Shown here piece after piece: positions 35,201 through 45,990 of a stretch of DNA of 64,000 nucleotides; positions within the stretch are counted from its first letter, which is position 1, and every line of letters begins with the position of its first letter. The position numbers and the translations under genes are program-made. A model generated the notes under the pieces. That model made no database searches. It saw nothing but the letters and a program-made list of their open reading frames with translations, and was not told the DNA's origin. Source of the stretch: Raillietiella orientalis. Its lineage: Eukaryota. The stretch spans positions 7,254,001-7,318,000 of the forward strand of contig JAYWIR010000001.1 of assembly GCA_036172245.1 (NCBI GenBank), read 5' to 3'.

Positions 35201-38200
35201 TGCTTCGGTGTGTTCAGATTCCACGCGAAGCGTACGGGGAAGGACACAACGATCGGTGCTGCGGTTGTCCTTAGCGTCGAACGAGGCAAACTTTTTTCTC
35301 TCCCTTTTTGTGAACTTTGTTAAATTCGTTCCCACGCGCACGATGGGAGGAACGGGACGTGTACATCCCGTTGAAACGTCGATGGCGTTCCCATCGTTGC
35401 GGCGATTCGGAGGAATCCTAAGAATGTTGTTGAGAGAGAGAACACGGAGATTGTTGCTGTTGCCCTGGTGTTGGCAGAACAAGCAAGCGAGCATTGTTGC
35501 GGAACTGCCGATTGTCGATTGTCGAGTTGCGCCGCGAACATCCTAGCAACGAGTGGAGGTTGCGGCACACCGTTCCCCGAAATGACGCTGCGCCAATGTT
35601 TCGGGAAACCGATCGCGTAGGAAATGGGAAAAAAAAATCAACGTTCTGACTAATGTGCTCTGGAACCTGGGAGAAGTCCGCATCGCAGGAAATGAATGGG
35701 TTGGCACAGTTGGAAACAGGATGAAATATTTCCGCCGTGATTGTAAATGATAGATCCATTCCATTGAGAACTTGCGTATCCTTCGGGAAAACCGAAATGT
35801 ATCAGTGATCGGTAGGAGCAGGGAATAGCAAATGTTAAATAATCGTAAATCTTCCTGCTTCCTCCCTGAACGCATTTTTGGATAAAGAGTTTCAATAATT
35901 CCCAAGTTAATTCGTATATCGAACGTAATGCTAGGGCGGATTCGAGGGAGGGGGGGTCGATGCCGTTCTCCATGCAGGAGGTTAACTTCTCACGATCTCT
36001 CATTCCACAAGGCAGTAATAAAGTGATACCTTTTCGAAGCTTCTCCAATTCGCCTGCGTGAAAGTCGAGAAACGGATAGAAAGCGGCTGAGAGGAGTTCA
36101 ATCCGGCGGATGAACAAATCGTACTTTTAACGTGGATAATGACAGCAATCGATGCTTTAGGATGTAAGCTTTAGGGCTCATTTTTGTATGAAGGTCTTTT
36201 CCCCACTTTCAACAGTACAGCGATGCCCTTGATGATGTCTTTTTCGACCGCCAAGATGAAGTTAATCCTTCTTCATTTCAAAACAAAAACTGAAACTCCT
36301 TGTAATTAGACCGCCCCTGCAAGGGCTACTCGTTCAACGAGTAACTCTCGCTACTCTCGGGTGTCGAGGATATCATTAGGAGTGAATCGAGCGTCTCTCT
36401 CTACGACTGTCGATTTGCAAATTGAGTTCGCCGACGTTTCCGTACCGAGTCGGCCCTGTCATTTTCTTAAACTGAAGGAACGGATTCCGCTCCCTTCGCT
36501 GAGGGCTATCTGTTGCGCTGGGAAGCTCTGGCATTTCGTGGCTTTAAAATTTTTTTCTTCTTCTTCTTCTTCTTCCAGAAAACCGTTTGCTTTCATTTTC
36601 CGCAGTCAGCTCTCGAGCAAATAAAAAACGCTTGTAAAAAAAAAAAAAAAGAAAGAAAGAAAGAAAGAAACACCCGTTTGATTACGTCGCGGGAAACGCT
36701 GACTGCTAGCTAGAATGTCGCAGAACGTCCTCGAACCGAGAAAGTTTTCAGCCGGGGCGCTTCACGGCGAAGGGAGAAAAAGAGGAAGAAGAAGAAGAGC
36801 TGCTGGTGCTTCCCTCGCTCTTCCTCAACACTCTCTGCGCCTTACCGGCCGCGCGCACCGCGGCGGCATCTTTCAAACGAGGCGTGGACTGCCGCCACCG
36901 CCGCCGCTGCTGCTTTCCCTGCGCTGCCACGGCTTGCGGCGCAAAATTGATTCGCACAAGAAGGGCGCATTTTTCTTTCCTTCCCTCCCCCCCCCCCATT
37001 TCCAACCCCCCCCCTTTTTTGCCGCCTCGCACTTTCGAAACGCTTGCAACAAACAGCGACGCGAGGACGGTGTCGGGATTCCGTGTATACACGAACGAAG
37101 TCATTATCCTGGGCGTGTACACACACACCCACGTTGGTAAACGGCGCTTTGCGGAAGTGTCGTTTCCAGCCCGCACTCCCTGCCATCTGTTATCGGTTAT
37201 CGCATTCACTCCTCCCCATGAGCCTCGCTCCCCCCTCATCACCCTGTTGCAAAAATACAAAATACAAAAACGAACGGATTCAGCATTCCAAGCCCAGGGC
37301 CATTTCATTGTACTCTGAACGCAAATAAATAGAACTCACCGTTTTTTTTTGTTTTCGTTTCTTTTTTTTTTCCCCCCGTTTTCGTAACGTGCAAAAGGAG
37401 AACACTGCAAAATCCTTTTAAGGAAAAATAAAGATGCACTTCCGTTTTCCACGCAACACCATTTTCGCTACGTGTACGTGTACATGCAAGCCGAATGCGA
37501 GCATGCCGGTACGGATTCGGCAGACGCTTGGTACAACGAGCTAACGAGCTCACCTCTGTACAAACAGGGGCGCATCGTACTTCCGAAAAAAAAAAAAAAA
37601 ATGGCACCCATGCAAAATAAATGTAGGTCGCCGCTTTAGCAAAAAGGGGAAAGAGCACTCGGAAAGAGAATCACCAAGGAAAATCACTTACCGCGAGCAC
37701 AGGGCAGCAGGAAGAGCGGCAGTAAATAAGGAAGACCGTATGGTTGCACCATATCCGACAGCTACAGCTACATCCACGGGTTCCAAGTCTGGTCTTTTCC
37801 ACCAGGACATGATCCAGGCATGTGTTCGATATTGGATTTACTTGTGGATCCGATCATCTGCAGGTTTTCGTCATTAACGCGCGTCTTGTCGCCCGTTTCC
37901 ATGATGCCGAGTGGATGAATAGGCAACGGCTCGAAATGATCGTGGAGCAGCGCCTCGGAAATTCGAGTTCGTTCCCCAACGCGAAAAGCAGGCATCCCTC
38001 CTTCCGTTTGCTCCTTTCACGCTGTTCTTCCTTCTCCTCCCTTTTTTTTTTTTCCTTTTCCGTTTTCGCAGCAGCCTTTTTTCTTTTCTTTCTTTCTTTC
38101 CTTTTTTTTTTTTTTTTTCTTCTTTTTTTTTTTTGTGCCGGAGACATATCGATAACATTTTCAGCCTTTTTCACGGGAAATGTAATCTGGAACCAAATTA

Positions 38201-41200
38201 CTTGAAGGTTGGGAATACATACCGCGGTGCTTAGTCATTGCAAAATATTCTCGTGTTGTTCTGGAACGCCGAAAGCTGCATCTCGTGTGGCAGGGGGGGG
38301 GGGAGAGAGCTCCTCGGATCATCGAATAGGGGGGGTCGGCTGGAGAGGTTGCAGCTTGCTTTAGGGGAATCGCCAAGCCCCCATCTCCACCGCCGTCGAA
38401 ATTTACGCGTGTGACACGTTGGTTCGATTTTCGTGGACTTTTCATGGTCACGTAGGAACCCTCCCTCCCCTCCCCCGCCTCCCCACACACACACATTCGG
38501 AAGCTGCGGAGCATCCTTTTCGGAGCTTCGGAAAGCCAACGGCTAAGTTACCCAGCTTCTGCTTGCCGCATCGGGGACTCTGAATTTGGGTTCGCGTTGA
38601 AAGAAGAAGAAAGCACTCATCCTGATAGTAGTTGGGACCCCCCCCCACCACCACCACCACCAGCATTAAAATGTAAACGCGAATGGCGATTTCCACTGGA
38701 CCACTCACAGAGTTTGCGGCGTGGGCGTTTAGTCGAGTGATGCAGAAAACTCGGGCTCTAATCTTTTGCGTAAATTGATATTATGGGAGCATTTTTTTTT
38801 TTTTTGTTGTTGTTGTTTTTTTTTTGCCGCAGTTGGGCTGGAAGGAGGAACATGCGGAATATGACAAATGTCGACAAAAAAAAAGTCAAAAAGAAGTTTT
38901 TGTCGAATGTTTTCTGTGCGCGTAACGCGGACGAAACGAAGTCAGTAGGCAAATTAAAAGGAACACCGAAAGAAAAAGAAAAGCAAGGAAATTAAAGAGT
39001 TCGGCCGCAGGCAAGCGTGTAGTCGGCTGCAGGTTGCTAATCACACCTAAAAGCACTCTCCGTGTTTCGTGATCATCCGAGATTGGATCTCAAAGTTGAT
39101 TTTTTGCTCAAAGTGGCCTTTTTTTCTTTGAGGGACACCGCGTGCCGCGTGGTCGCTCCGGAGCCTCAGAGGTCCGGCTTCCGCATGACCGAAGACCGCA
39201 CGGCATCCCGCGGCCTTTGGAATTCCTTCCTTCGAGTGAACGATGATGACCACACGTTTCGTCGCTTCCGTTTCGTGGGCCGAACCAAACCGCCGCCTGG
39301 CTGTTTGCCTGTTCCCCAAGCGCGGCAACTCTTCGAAGACCTCGCCAGCATCGCGCTGGCGAACATCGGGGTTTCGTCTCTGCTCGGGACGCGCGGATGG
39401 GCACTGGCGACCGGACTCGAATGCAAGAGAAAAGGGCCGCTCGAAGAGAAACTCTCCAAGAGATCGAGAGAGGTTTGTGGCGGTCGTCCGGGCTGCTCTT
39501 TGGTAATCCACGCGGACTGACAAGAAGGCAAAGGTCTGACTTTTATTCCAGGGCGTAAAAATACACCCCTTTCGAGCATGCGGCTGGAAGTCTAAACAGG
39601 AAGGCATCCGGGAGCTGTTGCATCCAAGCGGAGGCAACATGCTCCCTGTTCTATGCAAATCCCGGCGTGGAAAGTCGAACCGCCTTGGGGGCGCAGAGTA
39701 CAAAGACGGTGGAGTCCCTAGCCGCGGATTTAAGGCGCGCTCCCCTGTCGCATGCATGGACGCTGGCTGCGTGGGCAGTGAAAGGCAGGAGCGCCCCCCC
39801 CCCCGCGCGATTAGGAAAGGGGCCAGTATGTGGCCGACTCGGAGGGCAGGAGGGCCGTGGAAATCTCCGCCAAAGCCCCAGCGGAAGGTTCGGGTCGTCT
39901 CTTTCGCGACGGCGCCGCCTTCGCAATCGTTCTCCCGGATTCTACTGGCGGCGTTCTCGCGCGGATTTTCGCCCCAGCGACGGAGGTGAGGTGAGGTGAG
40001 AGGAGGGGGAGGGGGGCTCAGCCACCACCTTCTCGGCGACCCTGTCCACCTGGGAATGAATGCACTTCGCACTCCGTTCTTTCGTGTCGGCCGCGCATCC
40101 TCTCGAGTGCCGTCTTGGCAACCGCGGATCCTCATCCCAGGCTTGCGCTCAAGACCTCCGCACGAACGGACTTTTCTGAGTTCTCAGAAAGGAACCTCTC
40201 TCCCCTTTCCTTTTTTTTCCCCTCCCTGCTTCTTTTGATGGATGAGCTTGAACGACGTACCATCCGTCACATCTCGTCGCGACTCGCTGATTTACTCGCG
40301 CAGCTATTTTTAGACCCGTTGCGAGCGACAGCTGCAACGGCGACGCGCGCTGCGTCAGCGTGGGCCTTCGTTTGCCTGGTGACGCGTAGGGCCTCCTTCC
40401 CGGCACGAGCTGCTGCTCTTTCCAGCCACGGAACTTTCGTCATAGCTTCGCTATGCAACCGTAGAAGGAGAAAGGGAGGGAAGATGGGCGTCGCGGGCGC
40501 ATCGGGAAGCGCCAGAGACCCGGTGGAAGACCGTCGGCGGCAGCCGCGAGTGGAACGCAGAACCACTGATGGGGGAGGCCGGCTGGCGTCGTGGAGGGAA
40601 GGGGGGGGGGAACGGACTGCTCAACTGCACGCGGACCCGCGCGACCGGGAGAAGCGTCTCCTTCTCGGGAAACTCCAGAGGAAGGCAAACACTCGGGACG
40701 AGGGAGGACGAGGGGTCGGGGCTGCTTGTCTTCGTCGAGCCCGGCAAGGGCTCCGCCGCCCCCACTCAGAGACCCTTAGGGTTCCCGGTAGGGCCGCGGG
40801 AATCGGGAGCGTTCGGAATGGAGGAGGGATCCTTCTTTCGCGAGCAATCGCCATTAGTCCCTGGGAAAAAGAGGTCCTCGGGGAATGGAGAGGAATTTCC
40901 CGGTTCCTCTCCCGTGCTCCCTGGCTCCTCCTGCCTGCTTCGGGCTACCTCTCCGGACACCGCGCAGGGAAGGGGGACGAAGGGTTCGCTCCAAGCCCTC
41001 CGCCGCGCCCGTTCCCTCAAAGGGAAAAGAAAGGAGAGAAATCCTCTCCCGGCGCAGCTTCCCTGTAATCTCTCTCTTCCCGGGTGTAATCTTCCCCTCG
41101 GGAAGAGATGCCAGGAGGGTGCAGCTCAGACTTCGCAGGGTTCGTCGGGGTGCTCGCCCGAGCCCCTTCGGACCCGAGGCGCGGCCTTGTCCGCCCTCTC

Positions 41201-44200
41201 CGACTCAGCAGCGGCTCCTTGCAGGGAGCGTCGCGCCCGTGCAGGAGGGGAACTCGCGGAGGATAGGAGGGCGGGAGGGACATCTCCTCGTGTAGCTGCG
41301 CAGCAGTTTGCTCTTTTCCGAATCTTCAGCGAGGTCCGCCGCGGAACCTCTTGCGGTGCTCTCTTTCCGATCCGAAAACCGATGCGCTTCCGGGACGCTT
41401 CCTCTTCCCCCCTTCGGCCCCTGTTTCTTATCCCGGGTCCCGCGTTTCTGGTCCGAAAGTCTTGTCCGTATTCCTCCTCCTCCTCCTCCCTTCCCTTCTC
41501 TCCGCTTCCCTTCCCAGGTCGGACCAAGTCGCCGGAGGGGAACCACTTCAGCGAATTGCCGCTCCTTCCCCCTTCTCTTCCCTGCTCCCTCCCCTCTCAC
41601 CCCCCCCCCTCTCTCCCACCCTTTTGCCGCGAATTCGTTCCGACTGGGCGCCGCTTGTGTCCGGCGTCCAAAAAAAGGGGACGGCATCATCTCTAGGCGC
41701 TGGTTTCGTCGGTATCGGTGGACGCGCGTTTCCGGCCATCGTTGCCCTTCGAGACGCGCGCTTTTCCCGCCGAAGGGTGGAAGGAAAGGTCCCTTTGTCC
41801 TCATCCCCACTCCCGAAGAGGCACCGGGAAAAGAACCTCTTTGGACTTCGTCGTTTCCCGATCCACCCACACGGGCGCGCGCGATGCTCCATTCCCCTTC
41901 TCTCCTCCCCCGTTTCCTCCGTGCTTCGCTATCGCCCGCTGCCATCTAGCGGTGACCTGAGAAACTATCTTTTTTCAGTACCGCACGGTGCTGTTGCCTA
42001 ACGAGGAGACAAACCACAGCAAAACCAACCCGGACGAAATTTCAAGTAAGTGGCCTCATGCGGGGGGGAGAGGGTGTGTGTGAGGTCGTGCGCTGCACCC
42101 TCCCCTCCCTCTCTTCCCCTGTTCGCTTGGTACGCTCAACGCATTCCCACGTCACGGCCCACGTGGTCACCTGTGAAGGCGACGACCGCGAAGGGTGGTC
42201 GGCCAGCGGCTCGCCTGAAGAGATTGCGAAGGAGGCGGCCGCTTGTGAGGGGACCCCTTCCCTCTTCCCCTCGTCGGACCCCTGCTCAACTCCTGGTTGC
42301 TGCTTCTGGTCTCCAGGGCACGAGACCGGAGAATTCTGGAGGGCGGTTAGGGTCGCGGGAGTCCCGTCCACCGCCTCCGGGTCCCTAAGGGAGAGCCACC
42401 TGTGCCTCGGGGCCTCTCTCCCCCTTCCGTGCGCGCTAGGCGGGAGGGAGGAAGGGGAGGGGGAGGGAGGCAGCGCCCTCGACTTGTCCGAGAGCGGCTT
42501 CGGGAGCGTGTGGCGCGGACAACGCGGACCGTTTTCTGCGCTCTGGAGGTCCTCCTGGAAGACGGCTTTCAGCACAGGTAGTCACGAGCCTCTGTCCTTC
42601 AAGGCGGAGGATTGAGGAGAGGCCCACCACCACCGCTCCTCCGGACACCTCCGACCTGGCACGACCTCCATCTCCATCCTCCGCCCCGATCCCGTCTCCG
42701 AGGGTGTGCGTTTCCTTGAGGTAGCCCTTGCCCTGCCCCCTTTTTGCTTCCCTCCAGCCGGTGAAAAGGAATCGGGTCGACTCTCCCTGGAGAGTTCGGG
42801 ATCCCCGGCTGCTCCAGGAGAGAAGGAGTTCCTGGCGCTCGCTGCTGTGCACCAAGTCGGCCGACGGGAGAGATGCCCCCTTTTCCTTATCCTCCTCTCC
42901 CCTTCACGCCCACCTCTTTGCGACGGTAACGTAGCGAGCGCGCCTCCCGCCATCCCAGCCGTCCGAAGGTGCTTCTTCCCTCTCTCCCTCATCAGCACAC
43001 CCAGGTCACGCGCTTCCAGGAAGCGGTTCCCTGAGAGGGATGAGTGCGGGTTTCAGTCCTCCTCCCTCCGAGGTGAGAGTGTGGGCGGTGTCCGCTTGTT
43101 CCCCACCTCTCCCCCTCTGCTGCCGCCTCTCTCTGTGGGCGGATCGCCATTAGAGTCGAGCGAGCACCGTGGGTCCGTCCCCGACCCGACATCTCGCCAA
43201 GGACCCCCACGGAGAAAGGATGATGATGACAGGACTCCCTGCCGCGCACATCAGCTCCCCCCCCTTCTTTCCCATTGGCTTCCTGGGGTCACCATGGCTA
43301 CCGCTTACCGCTGTTGCTCCCGCGGAACCAGCAGGTGCGGATTCCTCAGGGGAAGGACTCCTCCCTTTCCGGTGGGGGACCCTGGCCCTCCTTCCCCACT
43401 CGCGCGAGTTCCTACCTCTCCCCCTGTCCCACAGCCGAGGCAGAAGTCACCCACATCCTCGCGGCCGCTGCCTCCTCCTCCCTTTCGATCCGACCTCATC
43501 CTCGATGCTAGGTAGGTGGGGGTGGGCGGGAGAGCGGACGGGCCCCCAGGGCTCATGGGGCCCTTCCCTTCCCCTCTCTCTGCCCTTGCAGAGCCTTTTC
43601 GCCGGCGGTCTGTTGGACACGAACCTAGGAAGGCTCGTGGCCTCCCCCCTCCCCCCCCACCGCCCTGCGCACCACTCTCGCACACACCACCTGCTCCTCC
43701 TTCGCCGCTCGCCTCTCCGGTGCCTTCCAGAGCCGAACTTGCACCAGTGGACCATCACCAGCGAGTTCTACCGCGGGACCAACATCCTTGGCCTGGTCGT
43801 CTTCTCCGTCATCCTGGGCATCACCATCGGGCGGATGAAGGAGAAAGGGAAGGTGCTGCTGGACTTCTTCTCCGCCCTGGCCGAGGCCATGATGACAATC
43901 ACGAGCCTGGTCATCTGGTGAGCGCGCATCGTCCCGTGCCCGCTCACCTCCATGACCTTGCGTGCGCCCTTCCAGGTTCTCACCCGTGGGCGTCCTCTTC
44001 CTCATCGCGTCGCAGATGCTGAAGATCACCGACTTCAGCATGCTGGCCGGGCAGCTCGGGATGTACTTCTTCACGGTCCTCTTCGGCGTCCTGGCGCACG
44101 GGTTCATCGTCCTCCCGATCTTCTACAGCATCGTAACCCGCACCCTTCCCTTCCGGTTCATCGGCAACATGATGCAGGCCCTGGTTACCGCCTTCGGAAC

Positions 44201-45990
44201 GGCCTCCAGGTGAGCCGACGCAGAAACACAGGAACGCAGGGCTCGCGTCGTTACAGCTCCGCGACGCTCCCGCTGACCATTTCCTGCCTGGAGGACAAGA
44301 ACAAGATCGACCCCCGGGTCACCAGGTTCGTCATTCCCATCGGAGCCACCATCAACATGGACGGGACCGCCCTCTACGAGGCCGTCGCTGCCATATTCAT
44401 AGCCCAGGTCAGAGGCATAAGCCTGACCTTGGGAAGCATCATCGCCATCAGGTGACACGCGAGTTGATTCTCCCGAGGGTTCCTTTCCCCGGGTGGTGGT
44501 GGTGCTGCTGGTGGGTGATTGGGCAAGGTCGGTCAGACTCCGAGGAGGGAGGGGCAGGGCAGGCAGGGAGACGGCACCGAGAGGAGACCCAGAGCTGCCT
44601 GGCCTGCGTCCGTTCAAGCTCGCCCGCGTCCTCCCGAGAGGACGGTGCCACCTTCCTCCCCCCTCCCTCCCTGCCCAGCCAAAACCAAGTGCACTACCCC
44701 GAGCGGGGAGACGGACAGCGCTGACGCTCCTGGTACCCATTTCCCCGCCTCCTCCTTTCCTGCTGCCTCCGTGACCAACAGGAAGCAACCAATCGCCATC
44801 CTTCCTTCCTCCCCTTCCCCGCCCGCTGCTTCTCGCCGAGGAAGAACGGTGGAATTTCCGGGCTACTTGCTTTCCGCCTCGGATGGCGGTGGCGGTGACG
44901 GGGTTGCCGTCGCTTGCCCCCTTCAGGGAGGAAGGGTAACATCCCACTCTGCCTGATCCCTTCACCGCATTTCCTCCCTTCCTCCTCCACCACCACAGAC
45001 GCACACGGCTGCTGGCGTCAGGGGCAGGCCGTATTCGGACGCCTTCGGTAACTCCTCCGGACGTTTCAGCATCACCGCGACAGCCGCCAGCATCGGAGCC
45101 GCCGGCATCCCCCAAGCGGGCCTGGTCACCATGGTGATGGTCTTGGACACCGTGGGCCTCCCCGCCGAGGATGTCACCTTGATCATAGCCGTCGACTGGC
45201 TGCTGTGAGTACCTCCCTCCGACGAAGGCGCGTGCGCGCGCCTTCGACGACCGTGGTGAGGAGTCTGCGGGGGTCGCCGGCCCCCCGCCGACCCATCCTC
45301 TTCCTCTTCCTGACGCTGCTGCTACTCCCGGTGTCCTCTCGCCTTCCCGCCCACTTCGGGGGTTTGTCAACACGACCGGACCCTGTAGCAACCTCCGGAG
45401 CGAAGCGCACCTGCCGCTCTTTCGACAGGGTTCTGCCGTTTCTGCTGCATGGGGCGGCAGCGAGCCTCTTGCTTGGCGCGCTTGAAGCCGCTGCGGGTGA
45501 TCTTCTCTCGGGGCTGCCCCCTCTCTGCCCTCGGACTCCTGCCCACACGTGTACCAGTCTGCAGCCCCGGCGAGGTTTCGTGGACGCAAGGCGGCGAATT
45601 CCCCTTTCCAGCTCTTTCCCGGGAGAGGGCCGCCCTGCTGGCCTCTCCGCCCCGCGCAGCGGCGGCAGCGGGGAGAGGGGAGGACGGGGTCTCTGGGGCC
45701 AGCTCGAGCGAGAGGACACGCGCGCACGCGGGAAGAGGAGGAGGGGACAGGCGGCAGAATGAGTTGCCCTTCCTTCCAGGGACCGCTTCCGTACGATGAT
45801 CAACGTCCTGGGTGACTCCCTTGGGGCAGGCATCGTGGGTCACATCACCAACAAGGACCTGGTCGACTACACGAGGAGGATGTCGTGCCTTCCTGAGCAG
45901 GCGGCGGCGCCGGAGGGCCAGCAGGACTGGGAGAAAGCCAACGGCGAGAGCAGCGCCTCGCAGGCCGAGCTGAAGACTACCTCCATCTGA
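29054..45990 (+). CDS. Eaat1: Excitatory amino acid transporter (SLC1/DAACS family, Eaat1-like), spliced core CDS: join(29054..29216,30512..30869,32384..32426,41979..42045,43731..43917,43976..44209,44257..44451,45070..45204,45780..45990) = 1593 nt, 530 aa
   Basis: All eight introns are GT-AG with compatible phases (1,2,0,1,2,2,2,2). SLC1 motifs present: [18 protein letters not shown] (TM2), [36 protein letters not shown] (HP1), [22 protein letters not shown] (TM7), [12 protein letters not shown] (HP2), [18 protein letters not shown] (TM8). [15 protein letters not shown]...AMMTITS.VIW resembles insect Eaat1 as recalled. Confidence 0.96.
30512..30869 (+). CDS. Eaat1: EAAT exon (TM1-TM3; [10 protein letters not shown]...[10 protein letters not shown])
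   Basis: Acceptor cgtccttccag|, donor CAG|gtgagg; GELFLRMLK motif; NVT sequon. Confidence 0.97.
32384..32426 (+). CDS. Eaat1: EAAT 43-nt exon ([14 protein letters not shown])
   Basis: Acceptor tctctcatttcag|, donor CAG|gtgagt; conserved NMFPxNLVxA motif. Confidence 0.96.
33826..33831 (-). terminator. Polyadenylation signal AATAAA of the nested Ly6 gene
   Basis: AATAAA ~125 nt downstream of the Ly6 stop, in an otherwise GC-rich context. Confidence 0.7.
33957..34171 (-). CDS. Ly6 gene exon 3 (ETCSIRGC...CFCNTDLCN + GPI-signal-like tail)
   Basis: Acceptor gtttcgttccag|; CxCxxDLCN motif; stop TGA at 33959-33957. Confidence 0.93.
33957..37752 (-). CDS. Ly6/uPAR (three-finger, quiver/sleepless-like) probably GPI-anchored protein nested in EAAT intron 3: complement(join(33957..34171,34763..34906,37692..37752)) = 420 nt, 139 aa
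   Basis: Translation: [139 protein letters not shown]. It has a signal-peptide-like N-terminus, an LxCYQC start, a CxCNxDLCN end and a hydrophobic tail. Both introns are phase 1 with gtaagt donors and ttccag acceptors. AATAAA lies at 33831-33826. Confidence 0.93.
34763..34906 (-). CDS. Ly6 gene exon 2 (VSALLCYQC...[12 protein letters not shown])
   Basis: Acceptor gtgctttccag|, donor CG|gtaagt, 144 nt, Cys1-Cys5. Confidence 0.93.
37692..37752 (-). CDS. Ly6 gene exon 1 (signal peptide [20 protein letters not shown])
   Basis: ATG at 37752, hydrophobic core, donor CG|gtaagt, phase 1. Confidence 0.85.
41979..42045 (+). CDS. Eaat1: EAAT 67-nt exon, extracellular loop ([22 protein letters not shown])
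   Basis: Acceptor atctttttcag| and donor AA|gtaagt. It supplies the phase 0 to phase 1 bridge the flanking exons require and carries an NHS sequon. Not in the ORF track. Confidence 0.9.
43731..43917 (+). CDS. Eaat1: EAAT exon (PNLHQW...[11 protein letters not shown]...[10 protein letters not shown])
   Basis: Acceptor gccttccag|, donor TG|gtgagc; TM4c/TM5 motifs. Confidence 0.96.
43976..44209 (+). CDS. Eaat1: EAAT exon ([11 protein letters not shown]...[10 protein letters not shown])
   Basis: Acceptor cccttccag|, donor CAG|gtgagc; TM5-TM6-HP1. Confidence 0.97.
44257..44451 (+). CDS. Eaat1: EAAT exon (SSATLP...NMDGTALYE...IIAI)
   Basis: Acceptor ttacag|, donor CAG|gtgaca; NMDGT motif. Confidence 0.97.
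45070..45204 (+). CDS. Eaat1: EAAT exon ([25 protein letters not shown]...AVDWLL)
   Basis: Acceptor gtttcag|, donor CT|gtgagt; HP2 and start of TM8. This + strand frame is not in the ORF track. Confidence 0.97.
45780..45990 (+). CDS. Eaat1: EAAT last coding exon ([12 protein letters not shown]...ELKTTSI*)
   Basis: Acceptor ccttccttccag|; TM8 DRFRT motif; TGA at 45988-45990. Confidence 0.96.

Noticed and set aside
35650-36117. 155-aa minus ORF, and the 152-aa plus ORF at 39062-39520, inside EAAT intron 3
   Set aside because: Non-ATG starts, no recognisable domain and no convincing splice sites.
36327-36343. Palindrome TACTCGTT-C-AACGAGTA; similar short hairpin at 25444-25460; MITE-like scraps at ~19370-19460, ~50368 and ~60107-60135
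   Set aside because: Too short to define an element or RNA structure; probably eroded repeat fragments.
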